Counted from the first letter of the stretch, positions 15,867 to 26,627 are shown. The stretch is 32,000 nt of DNA from Methanobacterium sp. (GCA_019084405.1 JAHRFX010000006.1:19213-51212), one strand, 5' to 3'. Numbers and translations: made by a program. The notes: a model not told the origin generated them from the sequence alone.

Positions 15867-16937
15867 TTATCTAAACTTAGAACGGGCCTTCCCTATCTTA
15901 TTAAAAGTAGACCATCCTGATTTAGAAGTCCCTTCCACCCTGAAATTATTAACCAGATTGACAAATTTATCTACAGCTACTTCTGCATCTTTAATCAGGT
16001 TTTTAGATTGTGGTTTATCCACAGTAGATAAAGTGTGAGGTATATCATCTATATCCACCACCGGAATTCCCATATCCCGGGCCAGATCCACACTGGAGTG
16101 CTCATGGTGGAAACCCTTTATTTTGATAGAGGAAACCTCTAAAACCCCTGCTTCCAGGGTGATGCCCATACCCGCCCCATATACCATAGCCTGGCAGGAT
16201 TTCATAATGGAGGGTAAATCCACAAATCCATCCACCACTTTAATTAAAGGGGACTTGACCATTTTTCTTACCTGTAGCGAATTAAAGCGAAAGGGAACAA
16301 TTAATACGGGTTTTTCTAATGATTCCATGGTTTTTATAAGCCCTGGGATATCGCTTCCTTTTAAATCCCCCCCTAAGGCAAGTAAGATAAAATCATCCAT
16401 GTGGTAAGTATTTTTAACATCTTCTGAGTTTTTTAAAGTCATCTGATTAATGTAAGAGGCCAGCGGGTATCCTCCAATATTTTCAATATTTTTAAGGAGG
16501 TAGTTATCTTCCAGGTATTTCTTATACTTATTAGAAGGGGCGGTGACCTGGTTAGCAAAGGCAATCATTTCTATAGGGTTGTATATATCCTGTTCCAGGT
16601 GTAGAACTGGTATTCTTAAAATATTAGCAGCAGATATTCCCTTTCTAACATCCCCCGCATTGCCACAGGTTAAAATAAGGTCAATATTTTTCCCTTTTAA
16701 GGCCTTTACTGCCTTTAAAGTGTCCCCGGCTACCAGATATGCGATATGGGTTCGGGATCTTTTTTGGAGTGAATTGCCCCGGCCACTCCCTATGGGATAA
16801 ATCTGGCTGCAAAATGGCTTTAAAATTTCAGCTGCTCCGGGACCATGACTTAAACCCAGGCATTCAACTTCCAGTTTTTCTAAAATAGGGGCCAGGGTCC
16901 GGGCAGGAGCAGCTTCAGCAGCCACTGCTATTTTCAT
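15867..16937 (-). CDS. Glycosyltransferase / UDP-GlcNAc epimerase-like protein (GT-B fold)
   Basis: Overall GT-B-like layout; 'AASAANILRIPVLHLEQD', 'GGDLKGSDIPGLIKTM', 'YGAGMGITLEAG' regions. Overlaps the next gene by 4 nt. Confidence 0.5.
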   Translation of the reverse strand: MKIAVAAEAAPARTLAPILEKLEVECLGLSHGPGAAEILKPFCSQIYPIGSGRGNSLQKRSRTHIAYLVAGDTLKAVKALKGKNIDLILTCGNAGDVRKGISAANILRIPVLHLEQDIYNPIEMIAFANQVTAPSNKYKKYLEDNYLLKNIENIGGYPLASYINQMTLKNSEDVKNTYHMDDFILLALGGDLKGSDIPGLIKTMESLEKPVLIVPFRFNSLQVRKMVKSPLIKVVDGFVDLPSIMKSCQAMVYGAGMGITLEAGVLEVSSIKIKGFHHEHSSVDLARDMGIPVVDIDDIPHTLSTVDKPQSKNLIKDAEVAVDKFVNLVNNFRVEGTSKSGWSTFNKIGKARSKFR

Positions 16938-18100
16938 AAATTATCCCCGGAAGTTTTTTCAAGAAAATGATCTTTACGATTGTAGGCAAAAATAAGATAT
17001 ATCATCAGCCCCAGGGCCATTAAAAAGAATATCCATACCACCAAATCTGTGGGTCCGGTCTCAATCCAGACCAGGGTCTGGGCCATCAGGATCCCATAGA
17101 ATGCGGTGAAGATTCCTTTTTTATATTTTTGCAGGGTGTGCATAATTTTTAATATTCCACCTAAAAGAAACATCTGCAGGGCCAGGGCCAGATTTCCATA
17201 GTCCAGTAAGGCCGGTCCAAAGATGGTAGATGTGGTGGAGTGCCGGTAACCCAGCACCACTTCCCCTACCAGGGCCCGGGGATCTGCAGCCTGGAAGTAA
17301 CCAGTAAGAGTGTAATAAAATACTGACCCTTGAGTGGAACCTTTAAGAGGTAAAAGCTGGTCAAATACGCTTAAAGTATAACCTGCCCGGTAAAAAAATA
17401 GTTCCAAAGGATTTAAAGTCCATTGTTGCCATTCAATTGCCTGGACCGCCACATAACCCACCAGGAGACCCGAAATTAATAGAAATGCGGCAAATAACAG
17501 GATATGGGTGGCCTGGAATTTACGGGTGTAGTAGAGGGTAATAAATGATGATAATAAAATGACAATGGGAGTGGTGCGATAACCAGTAAGGGCAAATAAA
17601 AATATTCCCAACCCCAGTAAAAGGTAATATGATTTTTTAGGGTAAATAGCCAGTAACATATTAATTCCAGGTAGAAATAAGACATAAGATAAAAGCCACA
17701 CCCTGGTAACGGAACTGGCCTTTAAGTATCCACTTAAAATGGGAATACCTCCAGAAGAATAAATGTTCCAGAATTGAAAGATTAATCCTATTACAACCAC
17801 CAGGAGGAGTACCTTCTCACCAGGATACTTCTTAATGGTTAATTCTTTCGACTTTTCTAAAAACTCCTTAAATCCCCTATATTTAAAACCATTATAAATA
17901 ATAAAAGGTAGTAGAATGCCCAGTAGATAGAATAGAGACCCATATAAGAAATAGAAATAAACATTATTAGAAGGTGGTTCCAGGCCCTGGATCTGGTAAT
18001 TAAAGGCAGTTAAAGCCAGTAAAAGGTACAGTGCTATCCCCACCAGAACCAGATAAGGGGAGAAGATATCTATTTTGTTAAAAGTGGATTTTAGATTCAT
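16934..18100 (-). CDS. Polytopic membrane protein, oligosaccharide repeat-unit polymerase (Wzy-like)
   Basis: 388 aa with about 10 hydrophobic helices; central GYRTTPIVILLSSF and TGYFQAADPRALVGEVVLGYRHSTTSTIFGPALLDYG resemble Wzy/O-antigen polymerase-like proteins. Confidence 0.6.
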   Translation of the reverse strand: MNLKSTFNKIDIFSPYLVLVGIALYLLLALTAFNYQIQGLEPPSNNVYFYFLYGSLFYLLGILLPFIIYNGFKYRGFKEFLEKSKELTIKKYPGEKVLLLVVVIGLIFQFWNIYSSGGIPILSGYLKASSVTRVWLLSYVLFLPGINMLLAIYPKKSYYLLLGLGIFLFALTGYRTTPIVILLSSFITLYYTRKFQATHILLFAAFLLISGLLVGYVAVQAIEWQQWTLNPLELFFYRAGYTLSVFDQLLPLKGSTQGSVFYYTLTGYFQAADPRALVGEVVLGYRHSTTSTIFGPALLDYGNLALALQMFLLGGILKIMHTLQKYKKGIFTAFYGILMAQTLVWIETGPTDLVVWIFFLMALGLMIYLIFAYNRKDHFLEKTSGDNL

Positions 18101-18147
18101 TTAATCGCATCTTATAATAATTATTTAGAAACCAGATTATAACTTAT

Positions 18148-19494
18148 TTAAAGTTCAGCAGCATTTCGGGTGAAGTTAGATGCAAATCCTGGACAGGCCG
18201 CGGCATGAGTATGCACATAACTGGCCAGGGCATTTTTATCAATTAAACCGTCTTTAGAGTTTGTTATTCCCTTTCCCCTTAATATTTCAAAGGCAAATCC
18301 TGATTCACCAGATAGTTTAATCCGGGAATAGTGGAATTCATGCCCCCGGAACACATCCCCTTTCTGGGTGATGATGTTATCTTTCTGAGCCTGGGCTATA
18401 ACATAACTGAGTCCCTGTACATGAGAAGTCATCTCTGCCGGGTAAGGGAACACTCCACACATCTTATGCTGGTTAATGGAATCCATGAGGTACATTAATC
18501 CCCCGCATTCAGCGTAGATGGGTCGGTTTTCCTGGTGGAATTTTCGGATGGAATTCCGCATGGAATGGTTGGCCTCCAGTTCCCGGGAGAATATCTCAGG
18601 GTATCCTCCTCCAATGTAGATTGCATCCACATCTGGTAATTCCGGATCATGGTAAGGGCTAAAAGGCACTATGCGGGCATTATTATCCTGGAGTGATTCC
18701 AGGTTTTCCTGATAATAGAAGGTGAAGATTTCATCCAGGGCCACCCCGATTTTCACCCCCGGGCCCTTTTCTTTTTTCCAGAGTTCCTCCTGGTGAGAGG
18801 GTATTTTGCCGGCGTTTTTCATGATATCCTGCAGGGCATCCAGGTCTATATTTTCCTGCACCACCTGGCTCCATTTATCAATAAATATCTTCAAATTTTC
18901 TCTTTCCACCGCCGGTACCAGTCCCAGGTGCCTTTGTTCCACCGTTAAATCTGGGCTGCGAGGGATGCCACCAATGACCCTGGTACAGGTAAGGGTTTCC
19001 ACTGCTTCTTTGGCCTTTAGATAATGGCGTTTATTTTTAACCTGGTTTAAGATAACTCCCTCAATTTTAATAGAAGGGTCCAGGTTCTTAAATCCCAGTA
19101 CCACTGCTGCTGCACTTTTAACCAGGCTGCGAGCATTCATAATAAGAACCACCGGCGCATTCAGGGCCTTGGCAATGGATGCCGTATTTCCCACATCTTC
19201 TATGGGGCTGATCCCCTCATAAAGACCCCGGACCCCTTCAATTATGCCTGCTTTAGAGTTAGAAGATTTTAATCCCTGGGTGAACGCTTTTCTTATCTGT
19301 CCTTCGGACATAAAAAATGAATCCAGGTTTCTGGATTTGTTTCCAGCAGCCAGGGTATGATAGGTGGGATCAATGTAATCCGGGCCCACTTTAAAGGGCT
19401 GAATATTCATTTCTTCAGCTAATGCTTTCATTATTCCAGTGGAAATTGTAGTTTTCCCTACGGCACTTCCAGTACCGGCCAGCACTATTCTCAT
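18148..19494 (-). CDS. cfbB: Cobyrinate / Ni-sirohydrochlorin a,c-diamide synthase (CbiA/CfbB family)
   Basis: [25 protein letters not shown]...[15 protein letters not shown] and [14 protein letters not shown]...[14 protein letters not shown] (glutamine amidotransferase Cys). CfbB versus CbiA not resolvable by eye. Confidence 0.85.
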   Translation of the reverse strand: MRIVLAGTGSAVGKTTISTGIMKALAEEMNIQPFKVGPDYIDPTYHTLAAGNKSRNLDSFFMSEGQIRKAFTQGLKSSNSKAGIIEGVRGLYEGISPIEDVGNTASIAKALNAPVVLIMNARSLVKSAAAVVLGFKNLDPSIKIEGVILNQVKNKRHYLKAKEAVETLTCTRVIGGIPRSPDLTVEQRHLGLVPAVERENLKIFIDKWSQVVQENIDLDALQDIMKNAGKIPSHQEELWKKEKGPGVKIGVALDEIFTFYYQENLESLQDNNARIVPFSPYHDPELPDVDAIYIGGGYPEIFSRELEANHSMRNSIRKFHQENRPIYAECGGLMYLMDSINQHKMCGVFPYPAEMTSHVQGLSYVIAQAQKDNIITQKGDVFRGHEFHYSRIKLSGESGFAFEILRGKGITNSKDGLIDKNALASYVHTHAAACPGFASNFTRNAAEL

Positions 19495-19618
19495 GGTTAA
19501 TAATCATAGCCCATTTTATTTAAGATTTGGTTATTATAAAAAAATAAAATCCAGGAATAATACTTTTCACCTCCTGGGCAAAAGGAGTTATAAGGCCAGC
19601 AAAATAAAATATTAATTA

Positions 19619-20734
19619 ATGAATACCATGCGCAAGATGCAGGTCCTTAGTGATTCTGCCCAGTATGACCTCTGCGATTATGTGAATCACCACACCAGTT
19701 CTTCAGCTAATCTACCAGGAATATACCACAGCACCGTCGGTTCAGGATGTAAAATACCTCTTTTTAAGGTTTTAATGACCAACAAATGCTGTAATGATTG
19801 TAAGTACTGTATCAATAACAGTAAAAGAAATTTCACCCGCATAGAGTTAACTCCCCGTGAGTTAACCCGGGTTTTTCTCAATTACTATCAAAAAAAATAC
19901 GTGGATGGTTTGTTTTTAAGTTCCGGGATTTCAGGAGATATAGATTCTTCCATGGAAAAGATGGTGGAGGTAGCCCGAATACTCCGCCGGGAACATGGAT
20001 ACCAGGACTACATCCACCTTAAGATCATTCCCGGAACCTCCCGGGACATAATTAAAAGGGCCATGGGCCTGGCTGATAGGGTGAGTGTTAATATTGAAGC
20101 AGCCACACCTTCCGGTCTATCTGAGATTAGCTCCACCAAGGATTATCATAAGGACATCCTCCGGCGCTTGAAGTGGATACGGTCTATACATAAAAAAAAT
20201 CTGGAGTGCGCCCCCTCTGGTCAGACCACCCAGCTTATTGTAGGGGCCAATGATGAAAGTGATGCAGATATTCTAAAAAGGGTGAAATGGCTTTATGATA
20301 AGATGGATGTAAGGAGAAGTTATTTCAGTACATTCCAACCCTTAGAAGAAACCCCTCTGGAAAATAGACCAGGTGGTAATCCAATCCGTTCTTCAAGGCT
20401 TTATCAGGCGGATGCACTCCTGAATTCCTATAAATTTAAGGTGGATGAATTAATTTTCCAGGAAGATGGACTCCTGGATTCTACTTTAGACCCTAAATAT
20501 AATGCGGCCATAAATATGGATATTTTTCCGGTGGAAGTTAACCAGGGGCCTTATCAGGATTTAATCCGGGTCCCAGGAATAGGCCCCTTATCTGCCCGGA
20601 GAATAATCTCCATTAGAAAAAAATATCCCTTTAAAAAATTAGAAGAATTAAAAAGAATCGGAGTGGTGGTGCACCGTGCAGAGCCCTTTATCAAACTGGA
20701 AGGAAATTACCAGTCCTCTCTGGATAGTTTCTAA
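19619..20734 (+). CDS. Radical SAM protein with C-terminal helix-hairpin-helix, putative DNA modification/repair type
   Basis: KVLMTNKCCNDCKYCIN (CxxxCxxC variant) and C-terminal LIRVPGIGPLSARRIISIRKKYPFKKLEELKRIGV (HhH). Confidence 0.85.
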   Translation: MNTMRKMQVLSDSAQYDLCDYVNHHTSSSANLPGIYHSTVGSGCKIPLFKVLMTNKCCNDCKYCINNSKRNFTRIELTPRELTRVFLNYYQKKYVDGLFLSSGISGDIDSSMEKMVEVARILRREHGYQDYIHLKIIPGTSRDIIKRAMGLADRVSVNIEAATPSGLSEISSTKDYHKDILRRLKWIRSIHKKNLECAPSGQTTQLIVGANDESDADILKRVKWLYDKMDVRRSYFSTFQPLEETPLENRPGGNPIRSSRLYQADALLNSYKFKVDELIFQEDGLLDSTLDPKYNAAINMDIFPVEVNQGPYQDLIRVPGIGPLSARRIISIRKKYPFKKLEELKRIGVVVHRAEPFIKLEGNYQSSLDSF

Positions 20735-20775
20735 GGGTTTGAATAGTTTTTAGAGTCTGAATAGTTTCTAAAGGT
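20721..20775. repeat. Three degenerate tandem repeats of about 18-19 nt
   Basis: TGGATAGTTTCTAAGGGTT / TGAATAGTTTTTAGAGTC / TGAATAGTTTCTAAAGGT spanning the radical SAM stop codon. Confidence 0.55.
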
Positions 20776-20782
20776 AAATAAT

Positions 20783-21136
20783 TTATATCTCTGAGAACAT
20801 CTCCCAGATTTCCGGGTACTTCTCCTGGACTGCGTCTTCTATTAGCCTGGAGGCTTCTTTACTGATACTAAATTCTGGACGAGTTTTTTTAAGGTAACGT
20901 AGAACTGCTGCTGATCGGGCGGACCATAAAGTTATCCGTGGATTTTTTTTAACTTCCATGGTCACCACATTCAGGTTTGAATCATCATCAGGACCCTGAG
21001 ATACTTTTTTATCCTTTTTTTCAGGTTTTTCCTGAGGGGATAGTGCTTCACTTTCTGGTTTGTCCCTGGTTTTGGATTTAATTAAGGCCTCCAGCCCCAT
21101 TCCCAACCCGGCATTTTTAGTTTTTTTCCGGGACAT
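20783..21136 (-). CDS. Small ParA-partner protein with ParB-like N-terminal LGxGLxALI motif and possible ribbon-helix-helix C-terminus (SegB-like candidate)
   Basis: MSRKKTKNAGLGMGLEALIKSK...; C-terminus RITLWSARSAAVLRYLKKTRPEFSISKEASRLIEDAVQEKYPEIWEMF. TAATG overlap with the upstream parA-like stop codon. Confidence 0.6.
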   Translation of the reverse strand: MSRKKTKNAGLGMGLEALIKSKTRDKPESEALSPQEKPEKKDKKVSQGPDDDSNLNVVTMEVKKNPRITLWSARSAAVLRYLKKTRPEFSISKEASRLIEDAVQEKYPEIWEMFSEI

Positions 21137-21909
21137 TATTCCTCCTCCCGTTTAAGAAGTTCCTGGGCCAGTTTCATATAAGAAATGGTACCACTACTCT
21201 CCTGGTCATAAAGTATGCAGGGTTTTCCATAACTGGGGGCCTCAGCTAAACGTACATTACGAGGTATGGTGGTTTTAAATATGTACTCCCTCTCACCAAA
21301 GAAGTTTTTAACCTCCTGGTGAACATCCCGACCCAACCGGGTCCGGGAATCATAAAGTGTCATTAAAATACCTTTAATAGGAGATGGACTCTGCAAACGC
21401 TCTTCAATAAGATTCATGGTTTTAATTAAATCAGCCATTCCCTCCAAGGAATAGTACTCCGCCTGTATTGGTATAATAACACTATCAGAGGCCACCAGAG
21501 CATTCAAGGTTAGAATGCCCAGGGAGGGAGGTACATCAATCAGTATGTAGTCAAAAAGATCCTTCACCTCTTTTAAGGTCTCTTCTAAAATGGAATGATA
21601 GCCTATTTCTCTACTCAGTTCCACTTCCGCCCCAGAAAGGGCGATATTACTGGGTAAGATATAGAGACCCTCCACCATGGTGGGGAGTATGGCCTCCGGG
21701 GTGGTGTCTTTACGGCTGAGAACCGTGTATATAGTTTTTTCCAGGTCCGCTTTTTGAATACCAAAACCGGTGGTGGCATTGCCCTGAGGGTCCATGTCAA
21801 TTAGCAGTACCTTTTTATCTAACAGGGCCAGTGCAGTGGATAGATTCACCGCGGTGGTAGTTTTACCACAGCCCCCCTTTTGATTTATTATTGAAATTAT
21901 TTCTCCCAT
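21136..21909 (-). CDS. ParA/Soj/SegA-type partition ATPase
   Basis: MGEIISIINQKGGCGKTTTAVNLSTALALLDKKVLLIDMDPQGNATTGFG (deviant Walker A), DYILIDVPPSLGILTLNAL. Confidence 0.92.
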   Translation of the reverse strand: MGEIISIINQKGGCGKTTTAVNLSTALALLDKKVLLIDMDPQGNATTGFGIQKADLEKTIYTVLSRKDTTPEAILPTMVEGLYILPSNIALSGAEVELSREIGYHSILEETLKEVKDLFDYILIDVPPSLGILTLNALVASDSVIIPIQAEYYSLEGMADLIKTMNLIEERLQSPSPIKGILMTLYDSRTRLGRDVHQEVKNFFGEREYIFKTTIPRNVRLAEAPSYGKPCILYDQESSGTISYMKLAQELLKREEE

Positions 21910-21954
21910 CTAAAAATACCTCCCCTGTAATCAATTTATAGAATATATTTTTAA

Positions 21955-22003
21955 TTATAAGTTATAAGTTTTTTCTAATAACTTATAAGTTATAACTTAT
22001 AAG
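21955..22003. promoter_or_regulatory. Cluster of AACTTATAAGTT-type palindromes and half sites upstream of the parA-like operon
   Basis: TTATAAGTTATAAGTT (21955-21970) and ATAACTTATAAGTTATAACTTATAAG (21978-22003); 21978-22000 is identical to 4696-4718. Confidence 0.55.
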
Positions 22004-22027
22004 AAGAATAATAGTAGATTAAGGTGA

Positions 22028-22071
22028 CAAAATAAATAAAAAAAAGAGAATTTAATTCTTTAAAAAAGAAT
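22028..22071 (-). terminator. Possible terminator of thrS
   Basis: On minus strand ATTCTT...AAGAAT short stem followed by TTCTCTTTTTTTTATTTATTTTG. Confidence 0.35.
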
Positions 22072-23903
22072 CAAAATGCTATCCGTTGAGATATTAAAAG
22101 AGGAAGAGGTAGAGCCCGGAAAGGCATATTTTTAGTTTCCTCACGAACCATGACCACCAGACCATCCAGATCTGTGGTCTTTTTTTCCTGAGTTTCACGA
22201 ATATTTATGGTGAGTTTACCACTTTCCACTTCATTATCACCAATAACCGCCACATAGGGAACCCATTCCTGGGCAGCATTCCGGATTTTTTTACCAACCC
22301 GTTCCCCCCGATCATCCACATCCACCCGTATATTCTGATCTTTTAATTTGCGGGCCACATCCAGAGCAAAGTCCAGATGATTTTCAGTTACGGGTAACAC
22401 CCTTATCTGGGTGGGTGAAAGCCATACCGGAAGCATAGGGGCCTTTTCATTCATTTCAATAGCCGTCTTCTCCAGTAAACTACAAATTACCCGTTCAATA
22501 CTCCCGGTAGGACTACAGTGAATAATTATAGGGAATCCTTCCTCTTCGTTTTCTTCCAGATAGGTGATACCGAATCTCTCCCCACTTTCCACATCAATTT
22601 GTATGGTGGGATTTTCAATAGGTCTTCCCAGATAGTCCATAGCAGCAAAGTCCATTTTAGAAATCCAGTAATGTTTTCTCTCAGGTAATATCTCCATTAA
22701 GACCGGTTTACCAATCTTACGGGCAGCCTGATGCATCCAATCCTGGTACTTATCATAGAAATCCGTGGTAGCCCGGAATATCACTTCATAATTTACCTGT
22801 AAATCCACCCCGGTCTGCAGACACATATCAATCTGCCGGTCAAATTCCTCCAGAGATTGTTCCAGATCCCGGCATACTGTATGCAGATCCGGCATGGTGA
22901 ATCCTCTTAGTCTTTTTAATCCAACCACTTCACCTTTTTTCTCCATCCGGAAGCTGTAAGTGGATAGTTCATAAATTCTGGCCGGAAGGTTTTTCCAGGT
23001 CAAAAACGAATCCGATAAAACCCGGAAAGCACCGAAGCAGCAGGCATATCGTAACATTAACTCCTTCTTGTTATTTCCCATACGGTACTGCCGCTCCCCA
23101 AATTTCTCAGCATGCACCCGAATGGCGTCATCAGCCAGGTCATACATAATAGGGGTCTCGACCGGCATGGCTCCTTCTTCTGTAACCAGGAGATATACAT
23201 AGTCCGAGAGTAAATCCCGAATTAATCTACCCTTGGGATACCATCGGAGGTGTCCCACATCAGCTGAAGGTTCATAATCCGCCAAATTTTTCTCCCGCAT
23301 GAGTTTTACATGAGGTGGTTCTTTTCCACTGGACTCGGTCTTTCCCAGTTCATACATGGTTAGTTTGCGCAGTTCCTCATTTTCAAATTTGAAGTCCTCC
23401 GGGGGAGTGAGTTTACCTTCATCCAGGATGTACCATTGGGATTCTTCTTTTTCTTCTTCCTCTTTTTGTGAGGAAACCTTCTGGGTGGTGATGGTCCGGG
23501 ATAATTCAGAAAGGGGATGGCCCTTACAGGATACTTCAAAAGATTTGTACCATCCAAAGGGTGCCCGGGCAACATTGTATCCGTTATTTTTTAATTCTTT
23601 TTCCATTTCCATTAATACTGATTTAGCAGTGTCTGGAGAGCTCAAAGAAGAACTTAAATGAGCATAGGGATATATTACTATGTTTTCAGCTTTTATTTTA
23701 CTAAAAACATCTTCTATTTCTTTTACCACATTTTGCACAATTTCCTGTGGTTTTTCCTCGTCTTCTGCTTCTACCGCAGTGAAAACCACCAGGGAATCGG
23801 TGAAGTATCCTTCCTTTTGATCTTCTCTAAGTTCCTCAGCAATTCGGGTTTTGTTTTTAGTTTGATACTTTAAATAATCAGAATGAATTAACAGTACACG
23901 CAT
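22071..23903 (-). CDS. thrS: Threonyl-tRNA synthetase, archaeal type
   Basis: Archaeal editing-like N-terminus [24 protein letters not shown]; [60 protein letters not shown] anticodon-binding domain. Confidence 0.95.
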   Translation of the reverse strand: MRVLLIHSDYLKYQTKNKTRIAEELREDQKEGYFTDSLVVFTAVEAEDEEKPQEIVQNVVKEIEDVFSKIKAENIVIYPYAHLSSSLSSPDTAKSVLMEMEKELKNNGYNVARAPFGWYKSFEVSCKGHPLSELSRTITTQKVSSQKEEEEKEESQWYILDEGKLTPPEDFKFENEELRKLTMYELGKTESSGKEPPHVKLMREKNLADYEPSADVGHLRWYPKGRLIRDLLSDYVYLLVTEEGAMPVETPIMYDLADDAIRVHAEKFGERQYRMGNNKKELMLRYACCFGAFRVLSDSFLTWKNLPARIYELSTYSFRMEKKGEVVGLKRLRGFTMPDLHTVCRDLEQSLEEFDRQIDMCLQTGVDLQVNYEVIFRATTDFYDKYQDWMHQAARKIGKPVLMEILPERKHYWISKMDFAAMDYLGRPIENPTIQIDVESGERFGITYLEENEEEGFPIIIHCSPTGSIERVICSLLEKTAIEMNEKAPMLPVWLSPTQIRVLPVTENHLDFALDVARKLKDQNIRVDVDDRGERVGKKIRNAAQEWVPYVAVIGDNEVESGKLTINIRETQEKKTTDLDGLVVMVREETKNMPFRALPLPLLISQRIAF

Positions 23904-24076
23904 GCAATCACCTTAATAAAAATTTGATATAATAATTATTGGTAAGTCCAGATAGAAATATGATTAAATCATATGTGCTACTCTCTTAATTATAAATTAT
24001 ATGGTATAATATTATCCTGGTTTTTAAGTTGATTCCCCTGATGAATTTAATTAAAAAAAATAATTTTTAGTTAAGT

Positions 24077-24865
24077 TTATCCCCGCCGGGGCATATCTTT
24101 TTTCCACATCTCCTCAAATACCTGAGCATAATTTTGGGCTATTTCCTTATACTGATTCCATACCCCAATAGAACTTACCGGTACCGCCTGGTTATCTTCT
24201 GGAGAGAACCTGGAAAAGATTAACATCATTTCCTCTCCATCCCGTACAATCATCTTAACAAAGGGTATCTGATAGGTTCTAACTTCCGCCAAAATCCCGG
24301 AGAGTTCCTGGGCCATATCAACCTTCTGATGATCAAGCATGGTATGGGGAGCAGCCATTATTCTGGTTAAAACCCCTTTTTTAGCTGCCTGGTTAATTTT
24401 TTCAGTTAATAGTTCTATTTCGCCTTTAAACATGAACCCTGCCCGGATATTTATGTTTTGTTTAGCCCTGGAAATAATTTCCAGTTCCTTTTTTATAATC
24501 TTCTCTGGTCCATGTATGAGCCAGATAGGGGCCGGTAGCTGGGAAATCTGGCTTTCGTATATGGCTGTTAGTTCTCTTTCTGCCTCATTCATATCTTCCA
24601 GTAGTCTTTTTTTATTCCTCTGGAATACCTCCAGAGGGGGTACCACTGAATATTTTAAAGGTCTGCCCCTTTCAATTTCCACAAAACCTTTTTTAGCCAT
24701 TTCTTTTAGTATATCATAAATTCGGGATCGAGGCACCTTGGACTGGAGGCTTATCTCGGTGGCAGTTCCAGAAATCATGGAGGTGAGTGCCAGGTAGGTA
24801 CGGGTCTGGTAGTCATTTAATCCCATTATCTGCAGTGCATTCCATGTTTTTTTATCTACTGACAT
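24077..24865 (-). CDS. TrmB-family transcriptional regulator
   Basis: MGLNDYQTRTYLALTSMISGTATEISLQSKVPRSRIYDILKEMAKKGFVEIERGRPLKYSVVPP: TrmB HTH domain. Confidence 0.88.
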   Translation of the reverse strand: MSVDKKTWNALQIMGLNDYQTRTYLALTSMISGTATEISLQSKVPRSRIYDILKEMAKKGFVEIERGRPLKYSVVPPLEVFQRNKKRLLEDMNEAERELTAIYESQISQLPAPIWLIHGPEKIIKKELEIISRAKQNINIRAGFMFKGEIELLTEKINQAAKKGVLTRIMAAPHTMLDHQKVDMAQELSGILAEVRTYQIPFVKMIVRDGEEMMLIFSRFSPEDNQAVPVSSIGVWNQYKEIAQNYAQVFEEMWKKDMPRRG

Positions 24866-25050
24866 TTTAATCTCCTTTTAGTCATTGAAGTTCCCCATTT
24901 TTTTTAAAATTTTAAATTATTTTCAAATCCCTTATTTTTAGTAAAAATATCCCTTCCATTATTTGTTTTATTTTATACTCTATTAGTGACAAAAATTATT
25001 TATAGTTTGCTGTTTACATGTTATAATAGGGAAAAATGTGGAGGCATTTC

Positions 25051-25206
25051 ATGAAATATAGGTGCATTGTATGCGCATACATCTACAATCCCCAGGACGG
25101 GGATCCTGAGTCTGGAATCAAACCAGGCACCTCATTTGAGGATTTACCGGATGATTGGCTTTGTCCCTTATGTCTGGTAGGGAAAGATCAGTTCGAACCA
25201 TGCTAA
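25051..25206 (+). CDS. Rubredoxin
   Basis: [51 protein letters not shown] (51 aa); paired CxxC motifs. Missed by the ORF track because it is short. Confidence 0.95.
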   Translation: MKYRCIVCAYIYNPQDGDPESGIKPGTSFEDLPDDWLCPLCLVGKDQFEPC

Positions 25207-25300
25207 TAAATTTAAAAGAAGATTAAAATGAAGTTTTTAGATCACATACCTGCAAAAATCAAAAGGATGTAATAATCCTGAATTAGATGGAGGAAATAAT

Positions 25301-26611
25301 ATGGAAAAAAAAGATGCTTTAGATATGTTCTGTTACCAGTGCTCCCAAACCGCCCGGGGTACGGGATGTACGGTGAGAGGAGTTTGTGGAAAAGAACCCA
25401 CCGTGGCCCGATTGCAGGATAACCTGTTATTTGCCATAAAAGGAATATCTGCCTATCTATACCATGCCCGGGAACTGGGATACACCGATGAAGAGGTGGA
25501 CGCATTCCTGGAGCGGGGTTTCTACTCCACCTTAACCAATGTTAATTTCGACCCGGGCCGATTTGTGGAAATGGCAGTAGAAGCAGGACACATGAATATA
25601 AAAACCATGGCTTTACTTAAAAAAGCCCATATTGAAACCTATGGTGAACCAGAACCCACCCAAGTACCGGTAGGAGCAGTTAAAGGTCCAGGGATTCTGG
25701 CCACCGGTCACAGTATGAAAGCTCTGGCTGAACTTTTAAAGCAAACCGAGGATAAGGGTATAAATGTTTACACCCACTCGGAACTTTTACCGGCCCATGG
25801 ATATCCGGAACTTAAAAAATATAAGCACCTGGTGGGTCAGCTGGGAGGGCCCTGGTTTGATCAAAGGCAAATCTTTTCCAAATATCCGGTGGCTATACTG
25901 GGAACCAGTAACTGCGTACTCCTTCCCCGGGACGAATACAAAGAAAGAATGTTCACCAGCGGAGTGGCCGAATTACCAGGAGTACAGCATATAGAAGACT
26001 ATGACTTCACCCCGGTAATTGAAAAGGCATTGGAACTGGGGGATCTGGAAGAAGAACCTCGAGATACTGTTTTAACCACTGGATTTGGAGCGTCAACCAT
26101 CCTTTCTCTGGCACCCAAAATTAAGGAACTGGTGGAAGCTGGAAAAATTAAAAGATTTATTCTGGTGGGAGGCTGTGATTCCCCACTGGCCCAGGCCAAG
26201 TACTACACTGAATTTGTGGAAAAACTGCCAGAAGACGTGGTGGTCCTCACCCTGGCCTGTGGTAAATACCGTTTCAATGACATGGACTTAGGGGACATTG
26301 AAGGGGTGCCCCGGCTCATAGATGTAGGACAGTGTAACGACGCTATCGTGGCGGTGGATGTAGCAGTTGCTCTTACCGAACTATTTGGTGTGGAGTTAAA
26401 TGAACTGCCACTCACCATTGTCTGCAGCTGGATGGAACAAAAAGCAGTGGCCATCTTATGGAGCCTGCTGGCCCTGGATATAAAGGGAATTTACCTGGGA
26501 CCCATACTGCCGGGATGGGCTAACGACGACATAATAAAAGTTCTGGTTGAAAATTACGACCTGCGCCCTATAGGTGACCCGGAAGAGGATATAAAACAAA
26601 TTCTAGGATGA
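25301..26611 (+). CDS. hcp: Hybrid cluster protein / hydroxylamine reductase
   Basis: [75 protein letters not shown] motifs. Confidence 0.95.
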   Translation: MEKKDALDMFCYQCSQTARGTGCTVRGVCGKEPTVARLQDNLLFAIKGISAYLYHARELGYTDEEVDAFLERGFYSTLTNVNFDPGRFVEMAVEAGHMNIKTMALLKKAHIETYGEPEPTQVPVGAVKGPGILATGHSMKALAELLKQTEDKGINVYTHSELLPAHGYPELKKYKHLVGQLGGPWFDQRQIFSKYPVAILGTSNCVLLPRDEYKERMFTSGVAELPGVQHIEDYDFTPVIEKALELGDLEEEPRDTVLTTGFGASTILSLAPKIKELVEAGKIKRFILVGGCDSPLAQAKYYTEFVEKLPEDVVVLTLACGKYRFNDMDLGDIEGVPRLIDVGQCNDAIVAVDVAVALTELFGVELNELPLTIVCSWMEQKAVAILWSLLALDIKGIYLGPILPGWANDDIIKVLVENYDLRPIGDPEEDIKQILG

Positions 26612-26627
26612 AAATATTTCACCTGAA

